Assembly: GCF_009914755.1 (NCBI RefSeq)
Contig: NC_060931.1
Reading direction: 5' to 3' (one strand)
Source: the human T2T-CHM13v2.0 reference genome, Homo sapiens
Length of the DNA stretch: 64,000 bases
Below, in pieces: positions 1 to 14,470 of this stretch (its first letter is position 1; every line of letters starts with the position of its first letter). Both the position numbers and the translations under genes were made by a program. The notes beneath the pieces are model-generated. The model did not search any database, was not told the origin of the DNA, and saw nothing but the letters and a program-made list of their open reading frames with translations.

Positions 1-440
1 TTTACTCTACTATTATCTTAATTGTTGGAACTTGGAGTTTTTCCTTGGAGGTCAGCTTTGGTGAACTTGGTCCACTGCTGTGTCCTGGCCAGACTTTGCA
101 TCTTTACCAGCTATTGAAGTGCTATTCCCAGGTGGGAAGGAATCATGGCAACTCCTCAGCAGTCTGCAGTAATCCAGCTCCCAGAGCAGCCAAGTCATTG
201 CTCTACCAGCCATGAGAATAGCATTCCAGAATTACCTTTATTCCCAGCTTTTCCATGGTCGACACCTGGCTCAGTTACTAATAGGAAGAATCTGACTGAA
301 CGTTCCAGGGCCCAGGTGAATTTTTTTTTTTTTTTTAAGAGCAGAAGAAGCTGAAATATATGAAAGCAGCCAAATAACAGTAAGATCCTGGTCTCTAATA
401 TATTTTACTCCATTCCACAGAGTATGATGTGGCAAGATAA

Positions 441-791
<351 letters not shown>

Positions 792-1399
792 AAACTTTTT
801 AATAGAATAATGCAGCTGACTTATGCTGTGAAAGGCAGCCAAGAGAGAAAGGTTTTATATTTTACAATGGCTCTACTCTTAAGTATCTATCCCATCCCAT
901 CTAGTGATTCACTGAATTTCCATTGAACAGCAGCAGAGCCTCTTATGTAACTCCTTCAAGTTAGAGCCTGGAGCCCTAGGGTCAAGGACGACCAGTAGAG
1001 GAGGCTCAAGGGGCATGAAAGAAAGCGAGGAGAGTATTCAGAGTGAAGTAGCTATTTTTTAGGCATAAAGGGTGCATTTGTAAGGAGTGAAGGAAATATC
1101 TGTGCATTCTTGTTACTTTGTGTGCTTCAGTGGCTATCTAGTACAAATGTATTTGTTCTGATAATGCACTGCACTACGGGTCCTCCCAGACATTTTGGAA
1201 CTGAAAAAGGAATATACTGCTCTTCTTCCATTACACAATCTCATTCTTGTCTTTGTTTTCAATCTGTGTTTTGCCCCTGCTCTATAGGAATGTTTATGCT
1301 CTGAGCTGATTTGTTGATAGTTCTTAGATACATCAGAGATTTCTAGTTAATCATTCTTTATGCAAAAGATTCTGTTTTGGAAATTTATAATGTATATTT

Positions 1400-1860
1400 A
1401 TTATTGGCAGGTACATGAATTTAACATTTTTATAAATATTGGTAAATTTCTCTCCAAATAGGTAGTACCTATTGAACATAAATGTAATTTAAATTGAATT
1501 TACCGTTAAGAGTGCTGATGAGAATACTTCAGTCTTATTGCCATTTAAAAGCTATATGATATCCAACTAAAATGTTTGCTAATCTAGCGGTAATTTTTGT
1601 TAATCTGATTCTAGTTTTAATTTGCGTTTCTTTAATGTCATGAGTTTTAGTATTGTTTGAAATGTTTATAAGCTACTTCTGTTTTTCTTTGTGTTTGCCT
1701 TTTGTGGTTACATTTTTATGCTCTTTATAGGATTTCCGATTACATTTTTGTTTTTTCTTATTGGTTTGTAAGAGTTTTCTGTATGTTAAAGAAATATATC
1801 TTTTATCTGTCATATTGTTACAAATATTTTTTCTTTGGTTGTTTTATCTTTGACTTATGG
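1400..1860 (-). mobile_element. Old L1 (L1M/L1ME-like) fragment
   Basis: Degenerate antisense L1 ORF2-end motifs (ttctagttttaatttgcgtttcttt; tttgtaagagttttctgtatgtt). Confidence 0.55.
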
Positions 1861-1864
1861 ATAT

Positions 1865-3560
1865 ATACCCTAGTAAAAATCTACTAAGATTAATAAGAGA
1901 AGATGATAAGCTAGCTGGATAAAGAATAACCTTACAAAACTCATACGTCTTATCTATACTGAAAACAGTTTGTTTGAATTGAAAATGAAAAACAATAAAA
2001 TGCTGACAAAACTATAAAATACTTTGGAATAAATTTTAAAAGACTGATCAGTATCTCCAAAGAGAAATCTATACATTGTATTAAGGGAAAAAGATCTAAA
2101 TAAAGTTTCAAGTCATACCATGTTTCAGGATGCAGAACATTCATTTTCTATTTTCAAATAAATATAAACATTTAACAAAGTGCTACTTCACTTTTTTTAA
2201 AAAATAGAATATCATGTTTAAAACTAAAATGGATAAATATTAGAAAATGGCTTCCCAAATTATGAAACAATCAAATAGTGTTAGGGTTCTTGGCTTGTCA
2301 GATACTAAAGCTGATTACAAAGTCACTAGAATAAAAGAAAGATAATAGCAAAGGAATAGTTAAACAGATTAGTAGAAGAGAACCAGAAATATATCTACTA
2401 TATGCAGAAATGTGATATGTGACAACTGTTGCATTTCAGTTCATTTATTGAAGCAGATGGTTTCTCTAATAAGCGGTGCTAGCAAAAATGGCTGTTCAAT
2501 TGAAAAAAATACGAGCATATTGTCCTGCCTCACATTATGTAGAAATTGAAATGTAACATAGATAGTAGTTTAAATATTAAAAAATAAGAAGTTTGGAAGA
2601 AAACATAGAAAAACATTTTTAAATATCTTAAAGAATATTTGTTTAAGCAAGAAAACAAACCCATGAACCTTAAAAACTCCCTAAAGATTAAAAGGTATAT
2701 AAGCCCAGAAAAAATATATAAGCAAAATTAAGCTAAAAGCAATAGTCTCAGGGAAATAATTACAGTATTTCTGTCAGATAAAGGGTTAATATATAGAGTT
2801 TACCAAAAGCATTGATAAGAAAAAGAGAACAGTCAACAGACAAGAGGCAAAGTATAAGTATACAAACAGGAAACTCAGGTAAGAAGGAAACCCAAATGCC
2901 AGTAAATCAGTAGATGATATTCAACCTCCATTGTAGCAGAAAAATGTAAATTAAAAAAAATGAGCTTCTACTTTTTGCTCATCACATTATCAAAAAATAA
3001 AAAGCAATAAAGCTCAATGCTGTCAAAAAGGCAAAGGGCATGCGTATGTTGGAAGTTGTCTCAGGTAATAATGAAAATTAGTAACTAAAAATATATATAG
3101 CCTTTTATCCAGCAATCCCATTTCTGGGAATCTTTCTTATATAGATCAAAACACTAATATATAAAGATTATACTTTACAAAATTTAATGTATTATTTCTT
3201 GGTGAAAAAAAACCTTGAAAAACCATTAACATCCATTCATGCAGGAATGGTTAGAAAACAGAGACATTATTCTCTGCAGATCTGAGAATCAACTGAAATA
3301 AATCAGTTTTTTCTTTTTCAGAGTAGAAGATTAATTAAACAATGTCCAGTCCATAACCACCATTAAGTATTTTGAATGTCATTGGTAATTCAATGGGATA
3401 TTATGTGGCTATCATAAAATGAGTTTGATCTATATTTATTGACTTGAAGGGATACCCATAACCTGTTTAAGGATGGAAGAAGTAAGTAACAGAGAAATGA
3501 GTATCATATGATCTTATTGTTAAAACAAAAGATAAAAAGAAAACCAAACATAGTTGGAGA
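1865..3560 (+). mobile_element. Old L1 (L1M/L1ME-like), ORF2 3' part and 3' UTR
   Basis: A-rich, colinear degenerate L1 motifs (cagataaagggttaatatatagag; ccttttatccagcaatcccatttctgggaat; ccattaacatccattc). Confidence 0.7.
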
Positions 3561-3980
3561 TGGGGCCCAGGAAAAGACAGGATAGGATTAAGAAAGGAAA
3601 AATACTTTTGCCAAATAGAAAGAAAGGTCCAATACTAAGGGAAAATTCTACCTTTCTCAATCTTATTTCACGATAGCACATAAAAGGATCAAGTAACATT
3701 TAACATCCTGATGAAGAGCATGCTGCTGAAAACACTGCTCTGGAAAGTGGTGACTCTTTGATGCTTCCCCATATGCCCAAATTCCAAGGAGAAATCTCCC
3801 AACTAACAGGTACTCTTTAATGTTTCCTAACTCACAAACTCGTGTGTACCTTTCAGCCTCAGAGTGGCTCCCAATCCTAAACAAGCCACATAATGGTTGT
3901 TTCCAGCAATGGCAATGTAGTCTTGGGGTTAAAAGCAAAACTTAGTCTATCCACAGATGATTGGATAAAGAAAATGTGGT

Positions 3981-4693
<713 letters not shown>

Positions 4694-5114
4694 ATATATA
4701 TATCTATATCTATCTATCTCAGGTAATATATATATATCTCAAGTAATATCTATATATCTTACTTGAACATAAAAAAGAATAAAATCATGTCTTTTGCAGC
4801 AACATGGTTGGAACTGGAGGGCATTAAGTGAAATAACTCAGAAACAGAGATTCAAATACCAGCTGTTCTTATATGTTGGAGCTAAACACAGGGTATACAT
4901 GGACATGCAGAGTGGAGTAATAGACATTGGAGACTCCAAAAGACGGGACAGTAGGAGAGATAAAAAAATTACTTGTTGGGCACAACGTTCACTGTTCAGG
5001 TGATGGATACACTAAAAGCCCAAGCTCTACCACTATGCAACATATGCATGTTACGGAGTCTGTATTTGTACCTCCTAAATCTATAAAAATAAAAAAAAAG
5101 TTTAAAGCCCAACT

Positions 5115-5260
5115 TTAGTTATTTAATCCCTCTAAATTTTAGTTTCTTTTTCTGTAAAACGGGGATGGTAATGTCTGGGTTTTATTGTATTTCATAAAGT
5201 AGCATATACAATTTATGAGTCAATAGGAAGCTATCAGTAAATAATTGCAATTATTATTGG
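5115..5260 (+). mobile_element. MIR fragment
   Basis: Core-like agttatttaatccctctaaattttagtttctttttctgtaaaacggggatggtaat, with an attattatt end. Confidence 0.65.
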
Positions 5261-5471
5261 GACATATGTGTATTGTCTTCCTAGTTGTATTTTCAGCAAT
5301 TTCTTGAGGAAGCATTCATGGAAAGTGATCACAAGTGGTCCCTTGGCTCCTGTCTCCAAGGCACAAGTTTTGATGGTCAAGCATTACATGAAAGAGAGAG
5401 ACTAAGCTGAATAGCTGGGCTGGGAGTCCCACTGGGATGAGATCATTAACAGTTCTTTACTGATAACTACC

Positions 5472-6247
5472 AGAGGCAGAGACTATATTTGTTCCCCAAT
5501 ATGTGTCACCCCCTTTTCCACTATAAAATAATCCCAATGTTATGCTGGATGGTAATGTGCCGTCTAAATGACCACATTGTTTAACTCTACTTGCAGCACG
5601 GTTGCCCCTCGTAACTGTGCAGAATTGTTAAGAGGGACTTCTTTTTTTTTTTTGGATGGATTTTTTTATTTATATATATACTTTTTATTATACTTTAAGT
5701 TCTAGGGTACATGTGCACAACGTGCAGGTTTGTTACATATGTATACATGTGCCGTGTTGGTGTGCCGCACCCATTAACTCGTCATTTACATTAGGTATAT
5801 CTCCTAATGCTTTCCCTTCCCCCACCCCACGACAGACCCCAGTGTGTGATGTTCCCCTTCCTGTGTCCAAGTGTTCTCATTGTTCAATTCCCACCTGTGA
5901 GTGAGAACATGCGGTGTTTCTTTAGCATTACCTAAAGAGAATTGGCTCATCTGAGGGGAGCATTTCTTTTGTTTTCTCTTCCTTCTCTTTCCAGGTAACA
6001 GAAATGTTTATGCAATTGCTGGGATTTCAATAAAGATCGTATGCTGTGAGGTAATCTTACAAATAAAAACCACTTGCTAAAATGATATAACAGAAAGCTT
6101 CAAGGATCCTAGACTCTTTATTAGTGGGGGATCATAACAGTTCTGAGATTCATCTCTCTGGATGTCTTTTAAGAGAATCTGTATTATTTAGGCTGCTCTT
6201 ACCTTGAGGTTCTCACTGTATGCAACCGTACTTGATCTAAGTAATAT
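5472..6247. mobile_element. Old ERVL-class solo LTR (LTR33/LTR16-like), split by an L1PA fragment
   Basis: ggcagagactatatttgttccccaata...gaccacattg...cttgcagc resembles the recalled LTR33 consensus and continues after 5920. Confidence 0.5.
5642..5919 (-). mobile_element. L1PA (PA4/5-like) 3' UTR, severely 5'-truncated
   Basis: ttattatactttaagttctagggtacatgtgcacaacgtgcagg...gtgagaacatgcggtgttt, with a patchy poly(T) tail. Confidence 0.95.
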
Positions 6248-7819
6248 GTTAAGTCCTTAAGTCTTCCTTAAGGCCTACAGTTTAAAAGGTTATCAGGAAT
6301 GGGAGAGATTTAAAGAAATGATATTTAAATTTGTTAGATATTTTCTGAGAATTATAAAGTAAAATTTTAAAATTATCAAAACCAGTAACACATGGTGCAA
6401 TGTTTATAAGATTGTCTGATATGCCAAGATTGTCAGCAGAGCAGAGCCTGGGTACGTTGTCACAAAATTGCCTAGACATTCTTAATTTCAGGTCAAGGCT
6501 TTCAAACTAACTACAGAGATAAAGCAGTATAGATGAGCAATAGGACCAATTCTCATAAACTTCATTGAGGACATTATAAAACAGTTTTTCATTTCCTTTT
6601 ATGAGGTTTAATGCCAAAGTGTGTCAGTTATTTTTACCAGAGAGAGCTGTTCCTACACCTAAGTCACTCATAAAACTTTTCATGATCCGAGGGGGACTAA
6701 AAGTCTCCTCAATTGCCCAAAAGTCTCAATTTATATTGAGTTGTATTTTACCTATTTTCATAAAATGTCTTTAGTAATCTATCGACAGCTAAGTACTTTG
6801 ATCTCCATGAAGAAAAGCTGTGAGTGAAACTTCTGTAATATTCCTGAGGGCCTGGAATGACCTTCTTTATTCAATGTTAGCCAAAGTATGAAAATTCACT
6901 CTTTTCAAATGTAAATCATTTAGTTTACAAAATCAAATATTAGATTAAAGATATACTTACACATGACATTTTTAAAAATCGTCATTGACGGTTAAGCAGT
7001 CCTTAGGGCTTCATGGACTATAAGAAAACAGCATATTGAGATGATAGTTTCTACAGAGTGAAATTGATATATGCAAAATTAATCTGTGTAATGCACAAAA
7101 TAATGGCAGCTAGCGGGAGGATGCAGAACTATGAATTGATATAAATTCAAGAAACAAAACACATTCTTGTAAAATATTCTTAGTTAGCAAACCAAACTAG
7201 AAATCACTAAAATGAGATCTATAACACATTTTTGTAACAGTATATATTTTTTCATAATACAATTAATATCTATCTTCTGTTTCTAGATATTTGGATGTCT
7301 ATTTACTCCTACAGTTTTACAGAAACTTGCTTCTTACATTTTAATCAAATATAGGTCTTTTCTTTGATTATGACTCTTGAATTATTACTTTTCACTTATA
7401 GTGCCAATTTCTTCTATTTATTTCATGCAATATTCTTCAAGTCAGAATCTTCAAAGAAATCTTTATATGCATCATTAAAATGCATTTTCTAATTTGTTTG
7501 GCCAGATTAAAATATATAAAATGATTTACATATAAAATTAGATGAGATTTTCTTATGCAGTTTTAAGAGGGGCTGTATGGATATTTGAAAATTTTATTTG
7601 GCAACTATCAGAAGTCACTGAACATTTTAATTGTAATGAAGATTGGTTGAGTTAGTCTTGATCTAGTTATTCTTCAATATTTGTAATTAAGAATTCTCAT
7701 TGTACTGAAATAAATTATGAAACTATTAACAGTGATTATAGGTAAGTAATAGAATTACAGGTGCTTTTGATTACCTTATAGAATCTCCCTTGGATTTTTC
7801 AAAATTTCTATAATAAGCA

Positions 7820-8030
7820 TTCTCCAGACTCTGAGCTAGAGGTTTGTGTGTGAGAGGCTTATTGGGAACTGGTCTTGAGAAGAGGTGTAATACAGTGAAG
7901 GAATCAGGGCCAGGCAGAGCAAGAAGTTGAACTGTGGTGTGGATGATATAGAGGCCTCTGTCAATTCCTTTTTTGCTCAGGACCTGGGATGGCCCTTCAA
8001 AGAAACCTAATAGGCTTTACTTCCCACCTT
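7820..8030. mobile_element. Old ERVL-class LTR fragment
   Basis: cagactctgagc...cttattggga...ggcagagcaagaagttgaactgtg...gggatggcccttca resembles recalled LTR40/41-group LTRs. Confidence 0.5.
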
Positions 8031-8136
8031 CTGGTAGAGTGTGTGTCTTACCAGGACATCCAGGGTGATCATAATCTCTTGCTCATTAATACCTATTGAT
8101 ACGATGTTATCACATCATTCTGTAGACTGTCCAGAG

Positions 8137-8353
8137 AAGGGGTCAACAAATTTCAGTCCATGGACCAAATGTGGCCCACCACCTGCTTTTGCAAGTGAAA
8201 TTTCACTGGAAAACAACCATGTCTACTTGTTTAAGATTTGTCTGTGGCTTTTTTTTTGTATTTTCATGTTTGCAATGTACTGTATGGCTTGCAATGCCTA
8301 AAATGTTAGTATTTGCTATATAGCCCTTTGCAGAGAAAGCTTGCTGATCTGTG
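8137..8353 (+). mobile_element. MER58A-like hAT-Charlie MITE
   Basis: Termini ggggtcaacaaa...ttgctgatct. Internal ccaaatgtggcccaccacctgcttttgcaagt and gccctttgcagagaaag. Confidence 0.8.
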
Positions 8354-10269
8354 TGGTGCAGGCCATCTTCAGATTATATTGTGAAAGAAAACAATTGAGT
8401 CAATAGAGCTCATTAATTTACTGCTGTATCATGCAAAATCGTAAAAATAAAATCTTAGATAAGCTCCTCTCTGGCTATTACTAATTACTAATTATCCTTC
8501 CAGTTCTCTAATTTCTTTACTTCTACTCAGCCTAATCTTTGATCTTAAATAAGAACACCACTCCCTTGAAGTAGACACAGTGATTGTATCCACCTCCTTG
8601 TTTTATGTTCTTTTCTATTTATAGGTGCCATAGTCTATTGGATTCCACAGTTTCCATCACACTGTAACTAGTACTGTAAATGTTTTTAATTCCCATTCTT
8701 ATAGCTATATCACCTCCCCTATTACTTAAGCTGTTATAGTTCCATGCCAATCAAAATTTATATCCTCCAATCTTAGCTGGACTTTCAATGAAAAAGTTTA
8801 TATCGGTTTCTGGTCATCTCCTCTGAATTTACAAGTAAACTATTTTAAACGTTAATACTCTCTTCAAAAGTTTCCTAAATAGTCTTCATAGTGGATGATC
8901 TTGTATCCTCCTATGTAGAGAAATAGCATAATCTCAGTGTCTCCTTAGTTGGGTGTTTGTACCTTATGTTTGTCTCTTTTTAAAAGTTTTATCCTGACAT
9001 GGGAAAAGCAAAGCCCTTCTTTCCTGATTGCTCTGACCTCTTAATCTATCATTCTGTTCTCTCTTGGCTCTTAAGTCATTTTCCATGCCTCAGATTCAGG
9101 GATTGGAAAGGCCTTATTTTTTTCATCCTGTGGAATAAAACTTACATTATATCATGGATTCTTAGCTATTATTTGGTCTATGGTTAATTCCCTCAGCTAT
9201 GATTCTTCGTATATAAAAACCCAGAAATATTTTAAAATACATTATTTGCATGTAAAAACCCAGAAAAATCTTTTCTTTCCATCAAGTCTGGGGTTCTAGA
9301 CTATTGCCTTTCTCTGAAATTAAAAGATTCTAACTAAAACTTTGTGCTGTGATTTAATGCATCCAGCACAAATGTCCTTCCCTTTTCTTTCCTACCCAAC
9401 ACGTCCTTCCCTTTCCTCACATCATTCTCATATCTTAGTTGTAATAGTCAAGTAGACATGTGGGGTAGCAAAAAGTTCCAATTATGGAGAAGAAAAAACT
9501 TATTCCATAATCCAAAACATTATTATTAAAACCTGTGTTAGCTGTATCCATTTATATATTTTGAATGAAAGCAATGTATTTTTTAATCCATTTGACTATT
9601 TAAAAATACCTCCTTAATAATGTGATTCATTTCCAAAATATGTATCATAGAAAAAGTCCAAGCTAATAAGTATATATCAATTTTATGTATGGCATAGAAT
9701 TCCATGATAAAGTGGATATATGATTATTTCACTTATCTCCTATTCACAGTTCTTGGGTTGCATTTTAACTTTTCATTATAATTTTTATATTATAAACAAT
9801 AATGGAATTATTTGTTTACTTTTTCTTCTCCACTTGAAAGCTTTAGCACTGTGTTTTGGTGTATTCACTTTTATACTCTTAAAAAGTTAAACTCTACCTG
9901 CTACCTATTAAGACATCAACTTATATATGTTTAATTAATAAATGAGTCAGTTAATTCCTTACTTTCATGTATCTGATAAACTCTATCAATAATATTTGAC
10001 TGCTTAGAGACAGCAAGTGGGAGAGAGACTCATTAATAAGAGAGATGGGGAAATATAGTCTATCGTATGATATATGACATTGATTTGAATATGAAGAGTA
10101 TATTAATCACAAAAATCTGGTTGTGGTATCATTAAGTATGATAATCTTAAAATTATATGTGTACATAAAACCTCAAGAAAGGGGAAGATTAGAAATTCTT
10201 GAGCAATTTAGTGAAAACATGTGATTTGGCTGTGTACATCTGTATTAAAAGTAGAAGTAAGAAATAAGG

Positions 10270-12290
10270 GACATTTTCTCTATTTGTTAACAATATGACC
10301 TTATATATAAAAAATTCCAAAAACTCCATAAAAAAAGTTAGAACTGATAAATGAATTCAGTAAAGTTGCAGATACAAAATCAACATACAAAAATCAGTAG
10401 TGTTTCTATACACTGGTAATAAACTATCCAAAAAAATTAAGAAAAAATCCCATTTGCAATAGCAAAAAAGAAAAAAACTTAAGCATAAATTTAACCAAGG
10501 AGGTGAAAGACCTGTATATTAAAAACTATAAAACACTGATGAAAGAAATTGAAGAAAACACAAATAAATGGAAAGATATTCCATGTTCATGGATTGTAAG
10601 TGTAAATACTGTTAAAATGTCTATGATAGTCAGAGAAACCTGCAGATTCAACGAAATCTCATCAAAATTCCCATGTCATTTTTTAACAGAAATAGGAAAA
10701 AATTCTAAAATTTGTATGGGACCACAAAAGACCCTGAAGAGCCAAAATAATTTTGATCCCGAAGAACAAAGCTTGAGGCATCATACTACCTGACTTCAAA
10801 ATATACTGCAAGCCATAGTTATCAAAACAGCATGGTATTGACATAAAGACAGACACCTAGATCAATGGAACAGAATAGAAAGCCAGAAATAAACTTGCAC
10901 ATTTATGATCAATTCATTTTTGACAATGGTGTCAAGAACCCACGATGGGGAAAGGATAGTCTTCAATAAATGGTACGGTGAAAACTGGTTATCTACATGC
11001 AGAAGAACAAAATTAGATCCTTATCTCACACCACGTACAAAAATTAACTCAAAATTGATTATAGACTTAAATATAAGAACTGAAACTATAGGACTACTAG
11101 AAGAAAACATAGAGTATAAAAGCTCCACAATATTAGTTTCGTCTGGCAATGATTTTTTGCATATGACCCAGAAAACATAGGCAACAAAAACAAAACAAAA
11201 ATAGACAAGTGAGACAATGTCAAACTAAAAAGATTCTGCACAGCTCAGGAAACAATTAACAGAATGAAAAAAACAATCTACAGAATGGAAGAAAATATTT
11301 GCAAATTATACATCTGATAAGGTATTAATATTTAAAGTTTACAAGGAGCTCAATTCAACAGCAAAAAAAAAATCTGAATAAAAATGGAAAGGAACCCATA
11401 AATATTTCTCAAAATAATGCATACGAGTGCCCAAAAGCTTCATGAAAAAATGCTCAGCATCATTAATCTTTAGGTAAATGCCAATCAAAACCACAATGAA
11501 ATATTACCTGTTAGAATAGCTACTGTTGAAAAGATGAAAGATAAATGCTAGCAAGGATGTGAAGAAAAGGAAACCCTCTCTTGTACACTGTTGGTGAAAA
11601 TGTAAATAATACCGCCATTATGGAAAATGGTATGGAGTTTCCCTTAAAAAACTAAAAATAGAACTACCATATGATCTAGCAGTCCCACTTCTGGATATAC
11701 ATCCAAAGAAACTGCAATCAATATGTTGAGGGGATATCTGTACTCCCACATTCATGGCAGCAAATTATTCCCAATAGCCAAGATATGAAATAAATGTAAG
11801 TGTCCATCAGCAGAAGAATGAATAAGAAAATGTGGAATAATACATACATATATGTATGTGTGTAAATATATATACAAATGTGTATATATAATTCAGCCTT
11901 AAAAAAGAATGAAACTTTGTTATTTCAGACAAATACTGCAACTTCAACTCATAGAAGTTGAGAGTAGTATTATGGTTACCAGAGGCTGGGGTGGGGTGGG
12001 GAAGAGAAGGAATGGAAAGTTGTTGATCAAAGTGTTCAAAGTTGCAAAGAGGAGGAATAAGTTTTGAGATCGATTGCAGAGCAGGGTGACTATAGTCCAT
12101 AATAATGTAGTATACATTTCAAAATAAGAGTAAATTTCAAATTTCTCACCACAGAAAAACTTATAAGGGAGGTGCTGGATATGTTAATTAGCTTGATTTA
12201 TTTATTCCACGTTGTATACGTATATTAAAACATTACATTGTACCCCATGAATGTATAAAACTATGATGTGTCAATTAAAAGTATTAAGAA
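10270..12290 (+). mobile_element. L1MA (MA6-9-like), 5'-truncated, ORF2 C-terminus and 3' UTR
   Basis: ORF-track peptides [30 protein letters not shown] and [22 protein letters not shown] match L1 ORF2. The 3' UTR is MA-type (ggaggaataagttttgagat...ggatatgttaattagcttgattt). Confidence 0.93.
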
Positions 12291-12839
12291 ATGTAAGGAG
12301 AGCACAGGTTAATTTCAAGAGCAGAATTACTTTCTACAGCTTGCAAATGCCAAATCAAGGATGGTTTTCATTGACACAGTTGATGTTCACCAGGGTGATA
12401 TAATTTTAAGGCTTGGTAATACCCTCCTGACAGAAACATCTCTCCAAGGATTTATCACTGATGCTTGACAATCCACCATTGTCAGTTAATCCCTTCAGGT
12501 TACTAAAACAATTATTCTTTTCTGAAATGCATATACTCTTGAGAAATCATTTTAATAACTGCAAGACATTTTAAATGAGAGACATAAGACTGATAGCCAT
12601 GGAGAATACAGGACAGAGTAGAATAAATGTCACTGATATTAGAAAATTAAGAGTCAGTGGCAACAGTGTATGCTATCCAGACTCAGTGGCTCTTAAGACG
12701 AGACCGTAGGTTTATGAGTTACTTCACTAAATGTGACCTTTGATGCTCACCTCTAGCAGTGGCTTTTCACACATTTTAAAGTATTTGGATTGAAAAAGAA
12801 AGGAGGCTAAAGAGAAGTGCATGCTGGCCCCTCAAAAAT

Positions 12840-12960
12840 CCATAGCTCCAGCTCCAACTTTCCTCCTAAACTCTGTACCTGCATCTTCACGGGTCTTCAG
12901 GATGCCTCTATTGCGATGTTGTACATGTATGCCAAACTGAAATTTTCTTCTATAGACTTT
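12840..12960 (+). mobile_element. L2 fragment
   Basis: tccagctccaactttcctcctaaactc...ccaaactgaa resembles L2. Confidence 0.45.
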
Positions 12961-13094
12961 GCTTTTCAAATATCTATTACAATTTTTTTAATATAATACT
13001 TGCTTAATAAATATTTCTTCAATGACTACATGTAGAACCTTTGCTTGATCTGTTTGTACCACAGATTATTACTTATTGCAGTGTTGACCTGCTT

Positions 13095-13270
13095 AATCAT
13101 AGATTGTGGAATCCAGAGAAGACTTCAGAGATTTTTCTAATTCAAACCACTCATTTTATTTTTGAAAAAATTTGTAGGGAAGGTAAATTTCACCAGGTGG
13201 CAGAAGTAGAAATAGAACTCAAGTCTCTTGACTTTAAATCACATGTACTTTTAGGCCTTATTTCCACCTA
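13095..13270 (-). mobile_element. MIR fragment
   Basis: gacttcagagatttttctaattcaaaccactcatttta...gtggcagaagtagaaatagaactcaagtctcttgact. Confidence 0.65.
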
Positions 13271-14294
13271 GCAATTTGGATAATTCATTGTCTAATTACT
13301 TTCTAGCTTAAGCATGTTCTTCCTTCATACTCAAGAGTGTTATTCAGCTTCACAGCTAAACTATATCAATATCAGCTTAAGTTACTAATCCCTTTGCTGA
13401 TTTTAGATTCAATTTATGGCATAACATTTTTTATACTTCCTTTCAGAAAAAACACAACTGAAATTATTCAAAATGTCTCTGATTTAACATGATACATTGT
13501 TTGAATGCCGTGTAGTCCACAATCTCCCTAGAAAATATGCTCAATTTAAATGGTACTGATTTCATCTCAATGCACAGAAGTCCTTGTCACTTGTAAAATA
13601 TCTTGTACAGTGGGAATCTGTTTTTAAAAAGGTCAAAAATCTTTAGGGTTTAGTGAATTAATACCATCTATTCAGGGATGAACTAGTGCTCTCCTATTCA
13701 GGACAGTAGATGGACACATTTATAAAAGCAGTAGAAGATGTCTCTAGGAGAGTGGTGACATGTTTTAAATTTCATGCAGAATTGAATACAAACTTGCTAC
13801 ACTTGAACAGACCAAAAGATAAAATGTCAGCCTAAGAACTGGGAGAACAGGAAGCTTCAGTCCCATAGCAACAGAGGGATAAGTGATACAAAAGGAAGTG
13901 GATTAAATAGTCACTTCTGAATCTGTGACCACATCTTCTCTCCCAGCAATTGGAAGTTCTAAGGGTATGCAGTTGCTATACTTTGTAAAACAGTTTGGTG
14001 GGTGAGTTATCAATAAACTCTGAAAAATATATTAATGACACAGGTTCAGAAGTCAATGGCATAACATAGGGGCCATTATTCCTTGATGGTTTATCATTTT
14101 GTTGTGCTGCCTTTCTCAAATCACCTAATAATTTCTGAACATACACTCTGTGTGCAACTTTGGAGCAATTAGGGCTACCTTCATCAGAAAGAAATGAGCC
14201 CATGTCTGTGCCACAGAAACATGAAGTTGGAATTATAGACTAAAATAGAACTCAATTAACTTTGTTTTGATTATTTTAAATTCCCCTGACTTTC

Positions 14295-14470
14295 AGAATC
14301 ATGGAACCTGTGGGCTGATAAGACCTGTGTGGTTTGTATCCTTCCTATAATTCTCCAGATTATCTGTCTTCTCTGCTTGAACACCTTTAGCAATGGGAAC
14401 TGAGGATTTCCTAAAGCAGATCATTCTTTTTTTTAAGATAATTTGCAATTTAGGAATTTCTTTATGGAGC
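14295..14470. mobile_element. Possible L3/CR1 fragment
   Basis: ctctgcttgaacacctttagcaatgggaact resembles a CR1 3' motif. Confidence 0.35.

Noticed and set aside
9214-9268. taaaaacccagaaa repeated at 40-bp spacing
   Set aside because: It is too short and A-rich to separate from a trivial old micro-duplication.
13976-14203. 75-aa minus-strand ORF in unique DNA
   Set aside because: It has no recognisable homology or supporting splice structure, and this length is expected by chance.
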